From IMG/VR virus record IMGVR_UViG_3300021400_000071, positions 1 to 42,847 of that record: 42,847 nucleotides of DNA; one strand, written 5' to 3'. Source of the stretch: a virus. The notes under the pieces were generated by a model that saw nothing but the letters and a program-made list of their open reading frames with translations, had not been told where the DNA came from and ran no database searches. The position numbers were made by a program, and so were the translations under genes. Each line of letters begins with the position of its first letter. Position 1 is the stretch's first letter. Shown in pieces: positions 17,223-25,806 of this stretch.

Positions 17223-17819
17223 ATGACAATCGGAGAAATCATTAAGGACTACCGGAAAAAGAACGGAATCTCGATCCGGGAATTCGCAAGGCGGGCAGGC
17301 ATCAGCCACACCTACATCTGCCAGCTGGAAGACAACCAGACCGGGCACGGCACTAAGCCGAACCTCACGGTGGACATGATCCAGAGGCTGGCGAACATCC
17401 TGAACATGGATCCGGAAAAGCTGGCATCCATGGTGAGAAATGAACTGAAGAGCCCTGAAGGGCAGAAGGAGAAAGACATGGAATACACACTTATTGAAAT
17501 GATGGCAATGGAATTTCTCCAGATGACGGAGATGCAGAAGAAAAAGCAGATCAGCGACGAGGACTATGCCGAGATCAAGGAGACCGTCAGTGAGATCAAG
17601 CAGAAGCTCGACTTCCTGCCTGCTGCTCTGAAATCCCATGAGGCGCTTTGCCTGGAGAAGATCCGGAAGATCAACACCGTGCGGCATGCACTGTATGAGA
17701 CGGGCGACCAGGACATAATAGATTCTCTGGATCCTGCAATCTCTGTTGAACGCAGTGGATGGATTCAGGAGCTGCGCGAGACCCGCAAGCGGCTGAGAGA
17801 GATCCAGACCAAAAATTGA
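17223..17819 (+). CDS. XRE-family HTH protein with a helical C-terminal domain
   Basis: RBS CAGGAGG. GISIREFARRAGISHTYICQLE HTH. Confidence 0.75.
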   Translation: MTIGEIIKDYRKKNGISIREFARRAGISHTYICQLEDNQTGHGTKPNLTVDMIQRLANILNMDPEKLASMVRNELKSPEGQKEKDMEYTLIEMMAMEFLQMTEMQKKKQISDEDYAEIKETVSEIKQKLDFLPAALKSHEALCLEKIRKINTVRHALYETGDQDIIDSLDPAISVERSGWIQELRETRKRLREIQTKN

Positions 17820-17903
17820 GAAAACCGCCCGGATGCATGAGCACCCAAGGCGGCAGACGTATGAAAGCACTTGAATTATACCAAAACCGAAAGGAGAAAG
17901 CAA

Positions 17904-18029
17904 ATGGATCCTGAAAAGATCTGGCGAAATCTGATTGACCTGTACAACAAGCAGGAGTCTGAGAAGAACGGCTATGTCCTTGTCCTAAAGGGGCTGACGC
18001 CGGCGAAGAAGGAGGAAGAGAGCGCATGA
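17904..18029 (+). CDS. Small hypothetical protein (41 aa)
   Basis: RBS AAAGGAGAAAG. Below the ORF-track cutoff. ATGA-coupled to the next ORF. Confidence 0.4.
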   Translation: MDPEKIWRNLIDLYNKQESEKNGYVLVLKGLTPAKKEEESA

Positions 18030-18205
18030 TACCTGACGCACCGTGGATCCGCGAGGCGGAGCTGAGAGGAACGGACTATATGGGCGAGTTCATTGGATTT
18101 GAAGAGGGAGACGATGACGGCGATTGCCCCTACTTCGATTGCGACCGTGAAGATCTGGAATACGGATTCGATCCGTACACCGGCAGCTACAGCTTCGACT
18201 GCTGA
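18026..18205 (+). CDS. Small acidic hypothetical protein (59 aa)
   Basis: ATGA overlap with the upstream ORF. Acidic, Cys-containing (DDDGDCPYFDCDRED). Ends 11 nt before the next gene. Confidence 0.45.
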   Translation: MIPDAPWIREAELRGTDYMGEFIGFEEGDDDGDCPYFDCDREDLEYGFDPYTGSYSFDC

Positions 18206-18216
18206 GGAGGGCTGCC

Positions 18217-18567
18217 ATGAACATCAACCAGAGACTGAAGCAACTGAGAAAGGATGCAAACATGTCCTCGGAAGAGGTGGCAAAGCGAATAGGCTGCAGC
18301 TCATCACTGATCCGAAAATGGGAAGTCGGATCGAGACGGATCTACACCGACGAGCTGATCAAGCTGGCTGACTTCTATGGTGTGACAACGGACTTCCTGC
18401 TGGGCAGAGACGATAACTCCAACACGGGGAACATATTTATGCGTGAGGCCTTGAAGCAGAAGATCAGTCAGGCAAGGCGGCTGACCAAGAGGATGGCAAT
18501 TTTACTGAATGATATTTGCGAACGATTTGATATGGAAGAGGAGGCAAGTGAACCGGATGAGCATTAA
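18217..18567 (+). CDS. XRE-family HTH protein
   Basis: INQRLKQLRKDANMSSEEVAKRIGCSSSLIRKWEVG. Confidence 0.75.
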   Translation: MNINQRLKQLRKDANMSSEEVAKRIGCSSSLIRKWEVGSRRIYTDELIKLADFYGVTTDFLLGRDDNSNTGNIFMREALKQKISQARRLTKRMAILLNDICERFDMEEEASEPDEH

Positions 18568-19492
18568 GAAAATCCCCTATGCCGATCACGATGAATGGCT
18601 GCAGATCCGGAAGCAGTACATCGGCGGAAGCGATGCAGGCGCGGTCATCGGTACGAATCCGTACAGCAGCCCGTTTGCAGTATGGGCCGAGAAAACCGGG
18701 ACCATGCCGGGATTTGACGGGAACATCACCACGAAGGTGGGTGCCTACCTGGAGGATCTGGTGGCGAAGATGTTTGAGGAGGAGACCGGAAAAAGAGTAC
18801 GGCGCTGTAAATTCACACTGGTGAACGATGAATACCCGTGGGCATGCGCGAATATCGACCGTTCCGTCGTCGGGGAGAATTCCATACTGGAGATCAAGAC
18901 CACCAACAGCTACGTGAACGTGAAGAAGTTCCGGAGCGGTGAGTATCCGGATCAGTGGTATGCACAGATGACGCATTATCTGGCAGTGACCGGAGCGGAT
19001 AGGGCCTACCTTGCCGTGCTGAGCGAGTGCAGAGACTTCCGGATCTTCACGCTGGACAGGGACGAGGAAGAGATCAAGGCCCTGATGGAGGCCGAGTGCA
19101 GCTTCTGGCTGAAGTATGTGGAGACCAGAAAAGCCCCGCCTGCCGACGGCAGCGGATCTACCAGTGAAGCGATTAAGCAGATCTTCAACGTGGAGAACGG
19201 AGACACCGTGGAGCTGCCCGGCATGGACAGCATCTTCCAGCAGAGGGCGCTGATCCAGAAGCAGATCAAGCAGCTGAAGGAGCAGCAGGACGAGCTCGAC
19301 AACCAGGTGAAGGTAGCCATGGGATCCGCCAGTAAGGCGATCTGCGGCATGTATTCCGTCAGCTGGAAGCTGCAGGACACCGGAGGCCTTGACCGTGACC
19401 GGATCCGGAAGGACTATCCGGGGATCGACTTCAGCAAATACGCCAAGAGCCAGACCAGAGTGTTCCGTGTAACAGAGAAGAGAAGCAAATGA
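18557..19492 (+). CDS. YqaJ-type viral recombinase exonuclease
   Basis: HDEWLQIRKQYIGGSDAGAVIGTNPYSSPFAVWAEKTG plus LEIKT, which fits the PD-(D/E)XK family. Paired with RecT. Confidence 0.8.
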   Translation: MSIKKIPYADHDEWLQIRKQYIGGSDAGAVIGTNPYSSPFAVWAEKTGTMPGFDGNITTKVGAYLEDLVAKMFEEETGKRVRRCKFTLVNDEYPWACANIDRSVVGENSILEIKTTNSYVNVKKFRSGEYPDQWYAQMTHYLAVTGADRAYLAVLSECRDFRIFTLDRDEEEIKALMEAECSFWLKYVETRKAPPADGSGSTSEAIKQIFNVENGDTVELPGMDSIFQQRALIQKQIKQLKEQQDELDNQVKVAMGSASKAICGMYSVSWKLQDTGGLDRDRIRKDYPGIDFSKYAKSQTRVFRVTEKRSK

Positions 19493-19692
19493 GATTCTAC
19501 GAAGGACAAAGCGTCTGGTTTCGGGAGAACGGAAACGAACCGGCCAGAGCGGGATATATTAAAGGCACATGCGGTACCAAGCCGCTGGGATACATTGTAG
19601 AGATCCCGGAAGAATTCGGCAGGCGCTCATACATTGAGGCCCGTGAAAATGAACTTACTTTAAGGAGGAAAAAAGATAATGGCACAGACTAA
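19489..19692 (+). CDS. Hypothetical protein
   Basis: 67 aa, ATGA-coupled. Confidence 0.45.
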   Translation: MRFYEGQSVWFRENGNEPARAGYIKGTCGTKPLGYIVEIPEEFGRRSYIEARENELTLRRKKDNGTD

Positions 19693-20626
19693 GATTCAGA
19701 CCGCCGTAAAGGCGCAGGCCCCGGAGGCCAAAGCACAGCAGAGCGTGATGCAGATGTTGAACGGCCTGCTGGACGGAGAGAAGATGCGGAAGCGCTTTGA
19801 CGAACTTCTCGGAAAGAGAGCGCCGCAGTTCATCAGTTCCCTAGTGAGCATGATCAACGACAACCCGGATCTTCAGCAGGCTTTCTATCAGTCCCCCATG
19901 AGCGTGATTAAGTCCGCGCTGCAGGCAGCCACCTACGACCTGCCGATAGACCCAACCCTTGGCTATGCCTACATCGTCCCCTTCAACAACAATGTCAAGG
20001 ACGAAAACGGCAACTGGCACAAGAAGAAGGAGGCCACGTTCGTACCGGGTTACAAGGGATTACAGCAACTGTGTCTCCGTACCGGCGCGTATAAGTTCAT
20101 CCCGGACGCCGTGGACGTGAGAGAGGGCGAGCTTGTGAGCTACAACAGGTTGACCGGCGAGGCCGTATTCAACTGGATCGAGGACGAGGACGAGCGCGAC
20201 GAGCTGCCGATTATCGGCTTTGCCGGGTATTTCAAGCTCTTGAACGGGGCAGAAAAGACCATCTACATGACAACTAAGCAGATTAATAAGCACGAAAAGA
20301 GGAACCGGAAGGGCCAGAACATGACAAAAGGCTGGCGTGAGAATTGGGAAGACATGGCCCGGAAGACTGTCATTCGCCGCCTGTGCGGGAAATACGCCCT
20401 CATGAGCATCGAGTACCGCGATACGGTAGACCGGGACACCATGAACCTTGCGATGGCGCTGGCGCAGCAGGATTTCCCCGATACGGCCATTCCTGACGAG
20501 GCAGTCGAATACACGGACTACACGGTAGACGAAAGCACGGGCGAAATTCTCCCGGAAAATTCGGAAGAATTCAATGCTGATGAAGATATGGACGGAGCAA
20601 AACTGCCTTGGGAGGAGAATGAGTAA
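19679..20626 (+). CDS. recT: RecT-family single-strand annealing protein
   Basis: RBS AGGAGG. LPIDPTLGYAYIVPFNN...VPGYKGLQQLCLRTGAYKFI. Confidence 0.8.
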   Translation: MAQTKIQTAVKAQAPEAKAQQSVMQMLNGLLDGEKMRKRFDELLGKRAPQFISSLVSMINDNPDLQQAFYQSPMSVIKSALQAATYDLPIDPTLGYAYIVPFNNNVKDENGNWHKKKEATFVPGYKGLQQLCLRTGAYKFIPDAVDVREGELVSYNRLTGEAVFNWIEDEDERDELPIIGFAGYFKLLNGAEKTIYMTTKQINKHEKRNRKGQNMTKGWRENWEDMARKTVIRRLCGKYALMSIEYRDTVDRDTMNLAMALAQQDFPDTAIPDEAVEYTDYTVDESTGEILPENSEEFNADEDMDGAKLPWEENE

Positions 20627-21048
20627 TGGATATGGCAATTGAGCGCACAGTAGACCAGCAGCGGCAGGCTGAGCTGTATGACTTCCTACAGGGAAGAGGG
20701 AACAAGTGGACGAGTATGGAGCAGGTGACAGATTCCATCAGCCTGTATCCAGCATTCTTCACATCAAATTACCATGACAGCACTGCAAGAAGACTCCTGT
20801 CTAAAGACATTTGGGAGATCAATCACTCTGATAGGTTCTTTAAGGTCATTGTTTCCGATGACAGCGGAAAGGGAATTAAGATCGGAACGGAAGAAGAGAC
20901 ATATCGCTTTGTCAGCAGAGAGCTAAAAGAGGTTTTCAAGAAGCTCAGTCATAATAGGAAGCTGATAAGAAAGTGCAAGAGGGATCAGCAGATCGATCTG
21001 GAGGGCAGGATTGCGGAGGCATTCCTGAGCAAGGAAGATGCCGAATAG
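20626..21048 (+). CDS. Hypothetical protein
   Basis: 140 aa, TAATG-coupled to recT. Confidence 0.5.
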   Translation: MDMAIERTVDQQRQAELYDFLQGRGNKWTSMEQVTDSISLYPAFFTSNYHDSTARRLLSKDIWEINHSDRFFKVIVSDDSGKGIKIGTEEETYRFVSRELKEVFKKLSHNRKLIRKCKRDQQIDLEGRIAEAFLSKEDAE

Positions 21049-21805
21049 ACTGATTAAAGAATCCATCTGCACGAGCGAGGATCTTGAATGCCTATCGCCA
21101 ATGGCTGAAATCCTTTTCTATCGTCTGATAGTAAATGCAGACGACTACGGATGCTTTCACGGAAACGAGAGTATAGTAAAAAGCAAATGCTTTCCATTGA
21201 AATCAGATGATATCAAATGTGATCAGATGAAATCATGGTTGGATGAGCTTGATAACGTGGGATTGATCACAAGATACATCGGAACAGACGGCAGAAGATA
21301 CATAAAGCTCACAAAATGGGAGAAACACCAGCAGGTAAGGGCAAAAAAGCGCAAATTCCCTGAGCCTGAGTCCGTGTGCGAACATCCGATATCAAATGAT
21401 ATCAATAGCGAGCAGATGAAATCAGATGATAGCAAATGTCCCCGTAATCCAATCCAATCCAATCCAGAATCCAATCCGAATACGAATCCAAATATTGAAA
21501 ACATTCGCAAGCAAACTCCAACACCAATGAAAGGTGCTTTTGATGAATTCTGGGACACATACCCGAAGAAGACCGGAGATATCCGTCTGACCTATCAGGA
21601 ATATCTTTTTGCCATTGAGGAGATTAAACCGGAAGTGCTGCTGGAAGCTCTGAGGAAGCAGGTGGCAGCTGCTGATGAGGACGAATTGAAATACTTCCAC
21701 AGTGCTGATAAGTGGTTGCGGAACCGGGAATGGAAAAAGCCTGTCACCGCCAGCAAGAAGAAGCCGGTGCGGAAGTTTGAACCAACGGTATTTGAGGATA
21801 TCTGA
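21038..21805 (+). CDS. Putative replication initiator / replisome organiser
   Basis: Sits in the replication slot. N-terminus has a winged-helix-like pattern (AEILFYRLIVNADDYGCFHG). The ORF carries iteron-like DNA repeats. Confidence 0.5.
   Translation: MPNRLIKESICTSEDLECLSPMAEILFYRLIVNADDYGCFHGNESIVKSKCFPLKSDDIKCDQMKSWLDELDNVGLITRYIGTDGRRYIKLTKWEKHQQVRAKKRKFPEPESVCEHPISNDINSEQMKSDDSKCPRNPIQSNPESNPNTNPNIENIRKQTPTPMKGAFDEFWDTYPKKTGDIRLTYQEYLFAIEEIKPEVLLEALRKQVAAADEDELKYFHSADKWLRNREWKKPVTASKKKPVRKFEPTVFEDI
21199..21490. repeat. Iteron-like repeat cluster (candidate origin)
   Basis: GAAATCAGATGATA[T/G]CAAATGT at 21199-21220 and 21418-21439. CAGATGAAATCA at 21224-21235 and 21413-21424. (AATCC)x4 at 21446-21465, with further AATCC copies to 21490. 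Confidence 0.5.
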
Positions 21806-21820
21806 GAGGGAGGGCATTTG

Positions 21821-22060
21821 ATGAGCAAAGGTAATAAGCAGATCAGCCACAGCGCCAAATGCCCTTTTTACAAAAAGCATTTCCCAACACAGATTATTTG
21901 CCAGGGATTCAGCGGTGTCTATTCAGTCAGCATGAATCTTCTGGCAAAGGAGGCTGTGAGCAGCCAGCTGACAGAATACTGCTGCAGCAAGAACTGGAGG
22001 AAGTGCCTGTATGCAAAGGCAAAGATGCTGGCGGAAGAGGAGGAAAGGGCAGAAACATGA
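21821..22060 (+). CDS. Small Cys-rich protein
   Basis: RBS GAGGGAGGG. 79 aa. Confidence 0.5.
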   Translation: MSKGNKQISHSAKCPFYKKHFPTQIICQGFSGVYSVSMNLLAKEAVSSQLTEYCCSKNWRKCLYAKAKMLAEEEERAET

Positions 22061-22224
22061 TGCGAGAGAAACCGTGTAAATTCGCAGAAGACAACGGCGG
22101 CGAAGTGTGGGAGTGCGGCGTATACCGAAAAATATACTGCACAGAACAGCGATTCGACATGAACCCGGACGGAAGCGTGAACATCGTTATGTGCGGGTAC
22201 GAACCGCCGAAGGAGGAAACATGA
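22057..22224 (+). CDS. Small Cys-rich protein (55 aa)
   Basis: ATGA coupling at both ends. MMREKPCKFAEDNGGEVWECG... Confidence 0.45.
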   Translation: MMREKPCKFAEDNGGEVWECGVYRKIYCTEQRFDMNPDGSVNIVMCGYEPPKEET

Positions 22225-22475
22225 TTGAATTGATATCCCGGCTGAGGCCGGTGGATCAGATCCTGATCTGGGGCTTTGCGGTGTATGCGATATTCATCGT
22301 CGCAGCGTGGATATACCTGGAGCGGGAGCGGATCCGGAACGGGCAGAGGCGGACGATCAACGGAATGATCCTACACCTGCAGATGCTCACCAGGGCGATC
22401 CGGGGAGATGCCGAGGACTATGATCCCAGATGGATGGACAGCAAGAAATACAGGGAGGCAAAACGAAATGATTGA
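22221..22475 (+). CDS. Small single-TM protein (84 aa)
   Basis: ATGA coupling. TM segment ILIWGFAVYAIFIVAAWIY. Confidence 0.5.
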   Translation: MIELISRLRPVDQILIWGFAVYAIFIVAAWIYLERERIRNGQRRTINGMILHLQMLTRAIRGDAEDYDPRWMDSKKYREAKRND

Positions 22476-22647
22476 AGTGCTCCGGAAGGAGGACGTTATG
22501 AATATCATTAAGGATCAGCTGGCGGAGATCACGAAGGGCCAGAAACACTGCGTGGAACCATGCAAGCTGGTTACCCAGGCGATTGGCTTCCGGATCGAGA
22601 AACTGCCAGTGATCCTGATCTCAGAGAAAGGAGAGCAAAGTGAGTAA
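22468..22647 (+). CDS. Small hypothetical protein
   Basis: RBS GGGAGG. An alternative, stronger start is at 22498 (AAGGAGG). Confidence 0.45.
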   Translation: MIEVLRKEDVMNIIKDQLAEITKGQKHCVEPCKLVTQAIGFRIEKLPVILISEKGEQSE

Positions 22648-22804
22648 GAGACGGCGGCAGCGAAAACGGGAGTATAACTGGTATATGAAATGCGGCGCTG
22701 ACTATCGGCATTACATGCAAAAAGAACCGCCAAGATGGAAGCTCGTCTCACACTGGTGGTGGAAGCGCAAAATGCCAAAGTGGATGAGAGAGCTGCAAGA
22801 TTAA
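22640..22804 (+). CDS. Small basic Trp-rich protein (54 aa)
   Basis: GTG after AAAGGAGAG. Below the ORF-track cutoff. Confidence 0.35.
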   Translation: MSKRRRQRKREYNWYMKCGADYRHYMQKEPPRWKLVSHWWWKRKMPKWMRELQD

Positions 22805-22941
22805 GTATGCTCAGCGGCAGGAAATTTAAACTATACTGAAAAAGAGGAGGATCTCCATAAAAGCTTGTTTACGTCGTGTGTGAATTTCTCCTTTGCACAT
22901 GAAAATGATTCAAAACATGCCCATCCTGCCGCTTTTGCAGA

Positions 22942-22975
22942 GGGCGCCGGCAAGGATCCACCGGTGCCCCTTTTA
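22942..22975 (+). terminator. Terminator-like hairpin
   Basis: GGGCGCCGG / CCGGTGCCC (one G-U pair), 10-nt loop, then CTTTTAT. Confidence 0.4.
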
Positions 22976-22990
22976 TGGAGAATGATAAAG

Positions 22991-23287
22991 ATGGACGAAA
23001 AGAAAGCATTTCATAACTTCCCTGAGCATGACGGAATAGAACTTCGAGCCATCTTGCCGATGATCAGATCGGCTGGATACTCCAATTATGACGAACTTAG
23101 TTTGCCGGTAATTATCTGCCCAGAGTGCGAAGAGTGGACATGGGTAGAATTCAACTCTGTGTCATGCTGCATCCTCGATTTGCTGGGAGATCTGATCGTA
23201 GAAAGCATAGATGTGGATGACAACAAGCTCAAACTCTGGATTATGACCGATGAATTCAACTGGTTTAAGCCGAAGGAGGAAACATGA
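22991..23287 (+). CDS. Hypothetical protein
   Basis: ATG 12 nt after GGAG. The track ORF starts at TTG 22865, which would read through the hairpin. The start is uncertain. Confidence 0.5.
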   Translation: MDEKKAFHNFPEHDGIELRAILPMIRSAGYSNYDELSLPVIICPECEEWTWVEFNSVSCCILDLLGDLIVESIDVDDNKLKLWIMTDEFNWFKPKEET

Positions 23288-23700
23288 TGCAGCCTTTTGA
23301 ATGGATTGATGTGAAGTGTGATCTTCCAAATTACGATGAGATAGATTATCTGAGGCTCTTTGAGAAAACATCTTGCGAACGTGAAAGAGAGCAAAGTGAT
23401 ATCGTTTTCGCAGCAGATGAAATAGGCAATTTCTATGTTGGATACTTCAGTAAACACACTGCTCAGCTTCACGATGACTTTCAAAAAGGAACAGCTTGGT
23501 GGACATTCCATCCGTTGAACGTGTCAGAAACATACGACGGAGTGCCGGATTTTGATAGGTATTTTGAAAAACATGGCGAGTTTCCAGACCCAAAGTTGAT
23601 ATTTGAGCCTACGACATTAGCGGGACTCCATATTAAATGCTGGGCATACATTCCGTCTATACCGGACAGATTGGCTTGGCAATCTCATTTCCGTGTGTGA
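23284..23700 (+). CDS. Hypothetical protein
   Basis: 138 aa, ATGA-coupled. Confidence 0.55.
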   Translation: MMQPFEWIDVKCDLPNYDEIDYLRLFEKTSCEREREQSDIVFAADEIGNFYVGYFSKHTAQLHDDFQKGTAWWTFHPLNVSETYDGVPDFDRYFEKHGEFPDPKLIFEPTTLAGLHIKCWAYIPSIPDRLAWQSHFRV

Positions 23701-23708
23701 GGTGAAAC

Positions 23709-23942
23709 ATGATTATTGCTTGGTATTATATTGGGATGCTGCTTGGCCTTGCCGTAGTTCTGTTTTGCAACTTCATAGCAAGAAGGGCAAGCGGAGTGAA
23801 AAGAGGCTCTATGTGCGATAGATGCAAACACATGCCCTTTAAAGACTGGAAAGGGCAATACTGGTGTGATGGACATGGATATCATTATTTTACACCCAAA
23901 CATTGCGCTCTGTACAAAGAAAGGGAGGACACCAATGACTGA
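23709..23942 (+). CDS. Small TM plus Cys-rich protein
   Basis: 77 aa. N-terminal TM segment, then CDRCKH...WCDGHG...HC. Confidence 0.5.
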   Translation: MIIAWYYIGMLLGLAVVLFCNFIARRASGVKRGSMCDRCKHMPFKDWKGQYWCDGHGYHYFTPKHCALYKEREDTND

Positions 23943-24138
23943 AGGAGTAGTGATACCTGGCTGGAAGATTCCGGACAACTGCCTGACATGCCCGTTTTTC
24001 CATGCCGTAGTCGCAAACGGCGGGCATGGCTCATATATCGAATGCACGATTCATCACCGGGAACTGCCGAAGAACAGGCTCCGGGAGCTGATGCTGGTGC
24101 GGGATGAAAACTGCGAGCTGAAAGAGGTGGGCGCGTGA
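23935..24138 (+). CDS. 4-Cys small protein, paralogue 1
   Basis: RBS AAAGGGAGG. GWKIPDNCLTCPFF...C...NCELKEV. Confidence 0.55.
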   Translation: MTEGVVIPGWKIPDNCLTCPFFHAVVANGGHGSYIECTIHHRELPKNRLRELMLVRDENCELKEVGA

Positions 24139-24401
24139 GCACACTTGTCAAGGGCATGGAGATGCCGAAAGGGTGCGATGACTGCCCATTATACGGAATA
24201 GACTTGAGATGCAAGATAACGTATACGCCGAATTACACAGACGGCAGATTTGTAGAACGGGCTCGCAACTGTCCTCTCGTTGAAGTTGTTCGCACTGGCG
24301 ACGGCCTGTACGATACGTACACACCGCCGGATAAGGAAACTGCAAAGCATGTGACGGAAGTGTTCAGAAAATCGACAGAGCGTATGGAAGCGGAGGAATG
24401 A
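24135..24401 (+). CDS. 4-Cys small protein, paralogue 2
   Basis: GTGA-coupled. KGMEMPKGCDDCPLY...C...NCPLVEV. Confidence 0.6.
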   Translation: MSTLVKGMEMPKGCDDCPLYGIDLRCKITYTPNYTDGRFVERARNCPLVEVVRTGDGLYDTYTPPDKETAKHVTEVFRKSTERMEAEE

Positions 24402-24402
24402 A

Positions 24403-24705
24403 ATGGGCATTTATATCAAAGGCATGGAGATGCCGAAAGACTGCATTGTCTGTCCGTTTGGGTGGAATGGATGCAACAAACAACATGATTTTGTTTATAT
24501 GGGAAGCCGTCCTGATTTTTGCCCGCTCATCGATGCCAATGAACCGCATGGGCGGCTTGGTGACCTTGACAGACTGGAACAGATGTTTGCTGACATTGAC
24601 AATGCCCCATACAGCGGATTTGATGGAACGGAGCCTTTTTATTCTGCCGAAGATGCAGCGCAGATAATCAGACTGGCTCCCACCATCATTGAAGCGGAGG
24701 GATGA
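24403..24705 (+). CDS. 4-Cys small protein, paralogue 3
   Basis: RBS GGAGGAA. KGMEMPKDCIVCPFG...C...FCPLIDA. Confidence 0.6.
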   Translation: MGIYIKGMEMPKDCIVCPFGWNGCNKQHDFVYMGSRPDFCPLIDANEPHGRLGDLDRLEQMFADIDNAPYSGFDGTEPFYSAEDAAQIIRLAPTIIEAEG

Positions 24706-25013
24706 TTATGGAACCACTTGAATTTTTGAAAGAGTACAGGCGAATGTGTAATTCTTACATTCATCGCTTTGGGTGTGAAGGTTGCCCACTAACGGGCAAG
24801 CAATGTTTAGGTACAGGAGTACGCAACAAAACCGATAGCGAATATCTGACGATTACAAGCACGGTTGAACAATGGAGCAAAGAGAATCCCATCATAACCA
24901 ATGCCGATAAGTTCAAAGAAGTGTTTGAACTTCCTACTCATTGCATGATTGACCAGGATGCACAGTGGTGGGATGAACCATACAAGGAGCCAAAACATGA
25001 AGCCATGCGATAA
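24702..25013 (+). CDS. Cys-containing hypothetical protein
   Basis: 103 aa, ATGA-coupled. FGCEGCPLTGKQC. Confidence 0.55.
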   Translation: MIMEPLEFLKEYRRMCNSYIHRFGCEGCPLTGKQCLGTGVRNKTDSEYLTITSTVEQWSKENPIITNADKFKEVFELPTHCMIDQDAQWWDEPYKEPKHEAMR

Positions 25014-25215
25014 CAGCGAATACGTTACCGTCCAAGAAATGATCGATTCTCTGAGCGATGTAAAAAAGCGAGACAGGGATCGAAGAGTGCTGTTTGACGG
25101 CCCAGTTAAATCTTTCGACTGGATGGATGTTGCTGAGGGAATACTGCTTTTTATCGAAACAGAAGATACCGAGATCGAATCCGAAAAGGAGCAAAGAGAT
25201 GAAACCATGCGATAA
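24997..25215 (+). CDS. Hypothetical acidic protein (72 aa) starting MKPCDN
   Basis: RBS AAGGAG. In frame with track ORF 24949, but the start was chosen by RBS. Confidence 0.45.
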   Translation: MKPCDNSEYVTVQEMIDSLSDVKKRDRDRRVLFDGPVKSFDWMDVAEGILLFIETEDTEIESEKEQRDETMR

Positions 25216-25354
25216 CTGGCGCTGCCCATTCTGGACGCATGAGAACAAGGGCGAGTGCGAATACAGAGACGAGTGCCCGAACTACAGCTGCGATGAGGAT
25301 CTGCAGATAGAGCACGTGGAATACGACGATGAGCAGATGGGGAGGGAGAAGTAA
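25199..25354 (+). CDS. Small Cys-rich protein (51 aa) starting MKPCDN
   Basis: RBS AAAGGAG. MKPCDNWRCPFWTHENKGECEYRDECPNYSCDED. Confidence 0.5.
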   Translation: MKPCDNWRCPFWTHENKGECEYRDECPNYSCDEDLQIEHVEYDDEQMGREK

Positions 25355-25455
25355 TGATTATGTTCTGGATATCAAAATTTATAGCGGAGGTACTGCTTTT
25401 TGTTTTCGCAGTGATTGTCTGTATCCTAATTGGGCTATGGGTGGGCAGACGATGA
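25354..25455 (+). CDS. 33-aa hydrophobic micro-protein
   Basis: GGGGAGGGAG RBS. TAATG and ATGA coupling on the two sides. MIMFWISKFIAEVLLFVFAVIVCILIGLWVGRR. Confidence 0.45.
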   Translation: MIMFWISKFIAEVLLFVFAVIVCILIGLWVGRR

Positions 25456-25796
25456 ACTGGTACAGAAACAAGACGAAGTACGGCAATAGGAAAACCAAGG
25501 GCTTCGACAGCAACAAGGAAGCGGAAAGATGGCAGCAGCTGTGCTTCCTACAGAAGACCGGGAAGATCACGGATCTGAAACGGCAGGTGAAGTTTGAGCT
25601 GATCCCGGCACAGTACCAGAACGGCAAGTGCGTGGAACGGGCATGCAATTACATTGCGGATTATACCTACATGGAGGGAAACCATCTGGTGGTGGAGGAT
25701 GTGAAGGGCTACAAGGATGGCCCAGCGTATAATCTGTACGTGATCAAACGCAAACTAATGCTCTGGGTGCACCACATCAAGATCCGAGAGACATAA
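25452..25796 (+). CDS. DUF1064-family protein (putative endonuclease)
   Basis: NKTKYGNRKTKGFDSNKEAERWQQL...QVKFELIP...YIADYTY...VVEDVKG...IKRKLM pattern. Confidence 0.7.
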   Translation: MNWYRNKTKYGNRKTKGFDSNKEAERWQQLCFLQKTGKITDLKRQVKFELIPAQYQNGKCVERACNYIADYTYMEGNHLVVEDVKGYKDGPAYNLYVIKRKLMLWVHHIKIRET

Positions 25797-25806
25797 CAAA
25801 ATCAGC

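Noticed and set aside
21446-21490. The AATCC pentanucleotide run as a CRISPR-like or microsatellite feature.
   Set aside because: It is too short, has no spacers, and is in frame within a coding region. It is better explained as part of an origin or iteron cluster and protein linker.
22865-22990. The TTG start giving a 140-aa version of ORF 22865..23287.
   Set aside because: The extension reads through a terminator-like hairpin (22942-22975) and gives an odd N-terminus. The ATG at 22991 has a properly spaced GGAG. It is kept as an uncertainty because AAGAGGAGG precedes the TTG.
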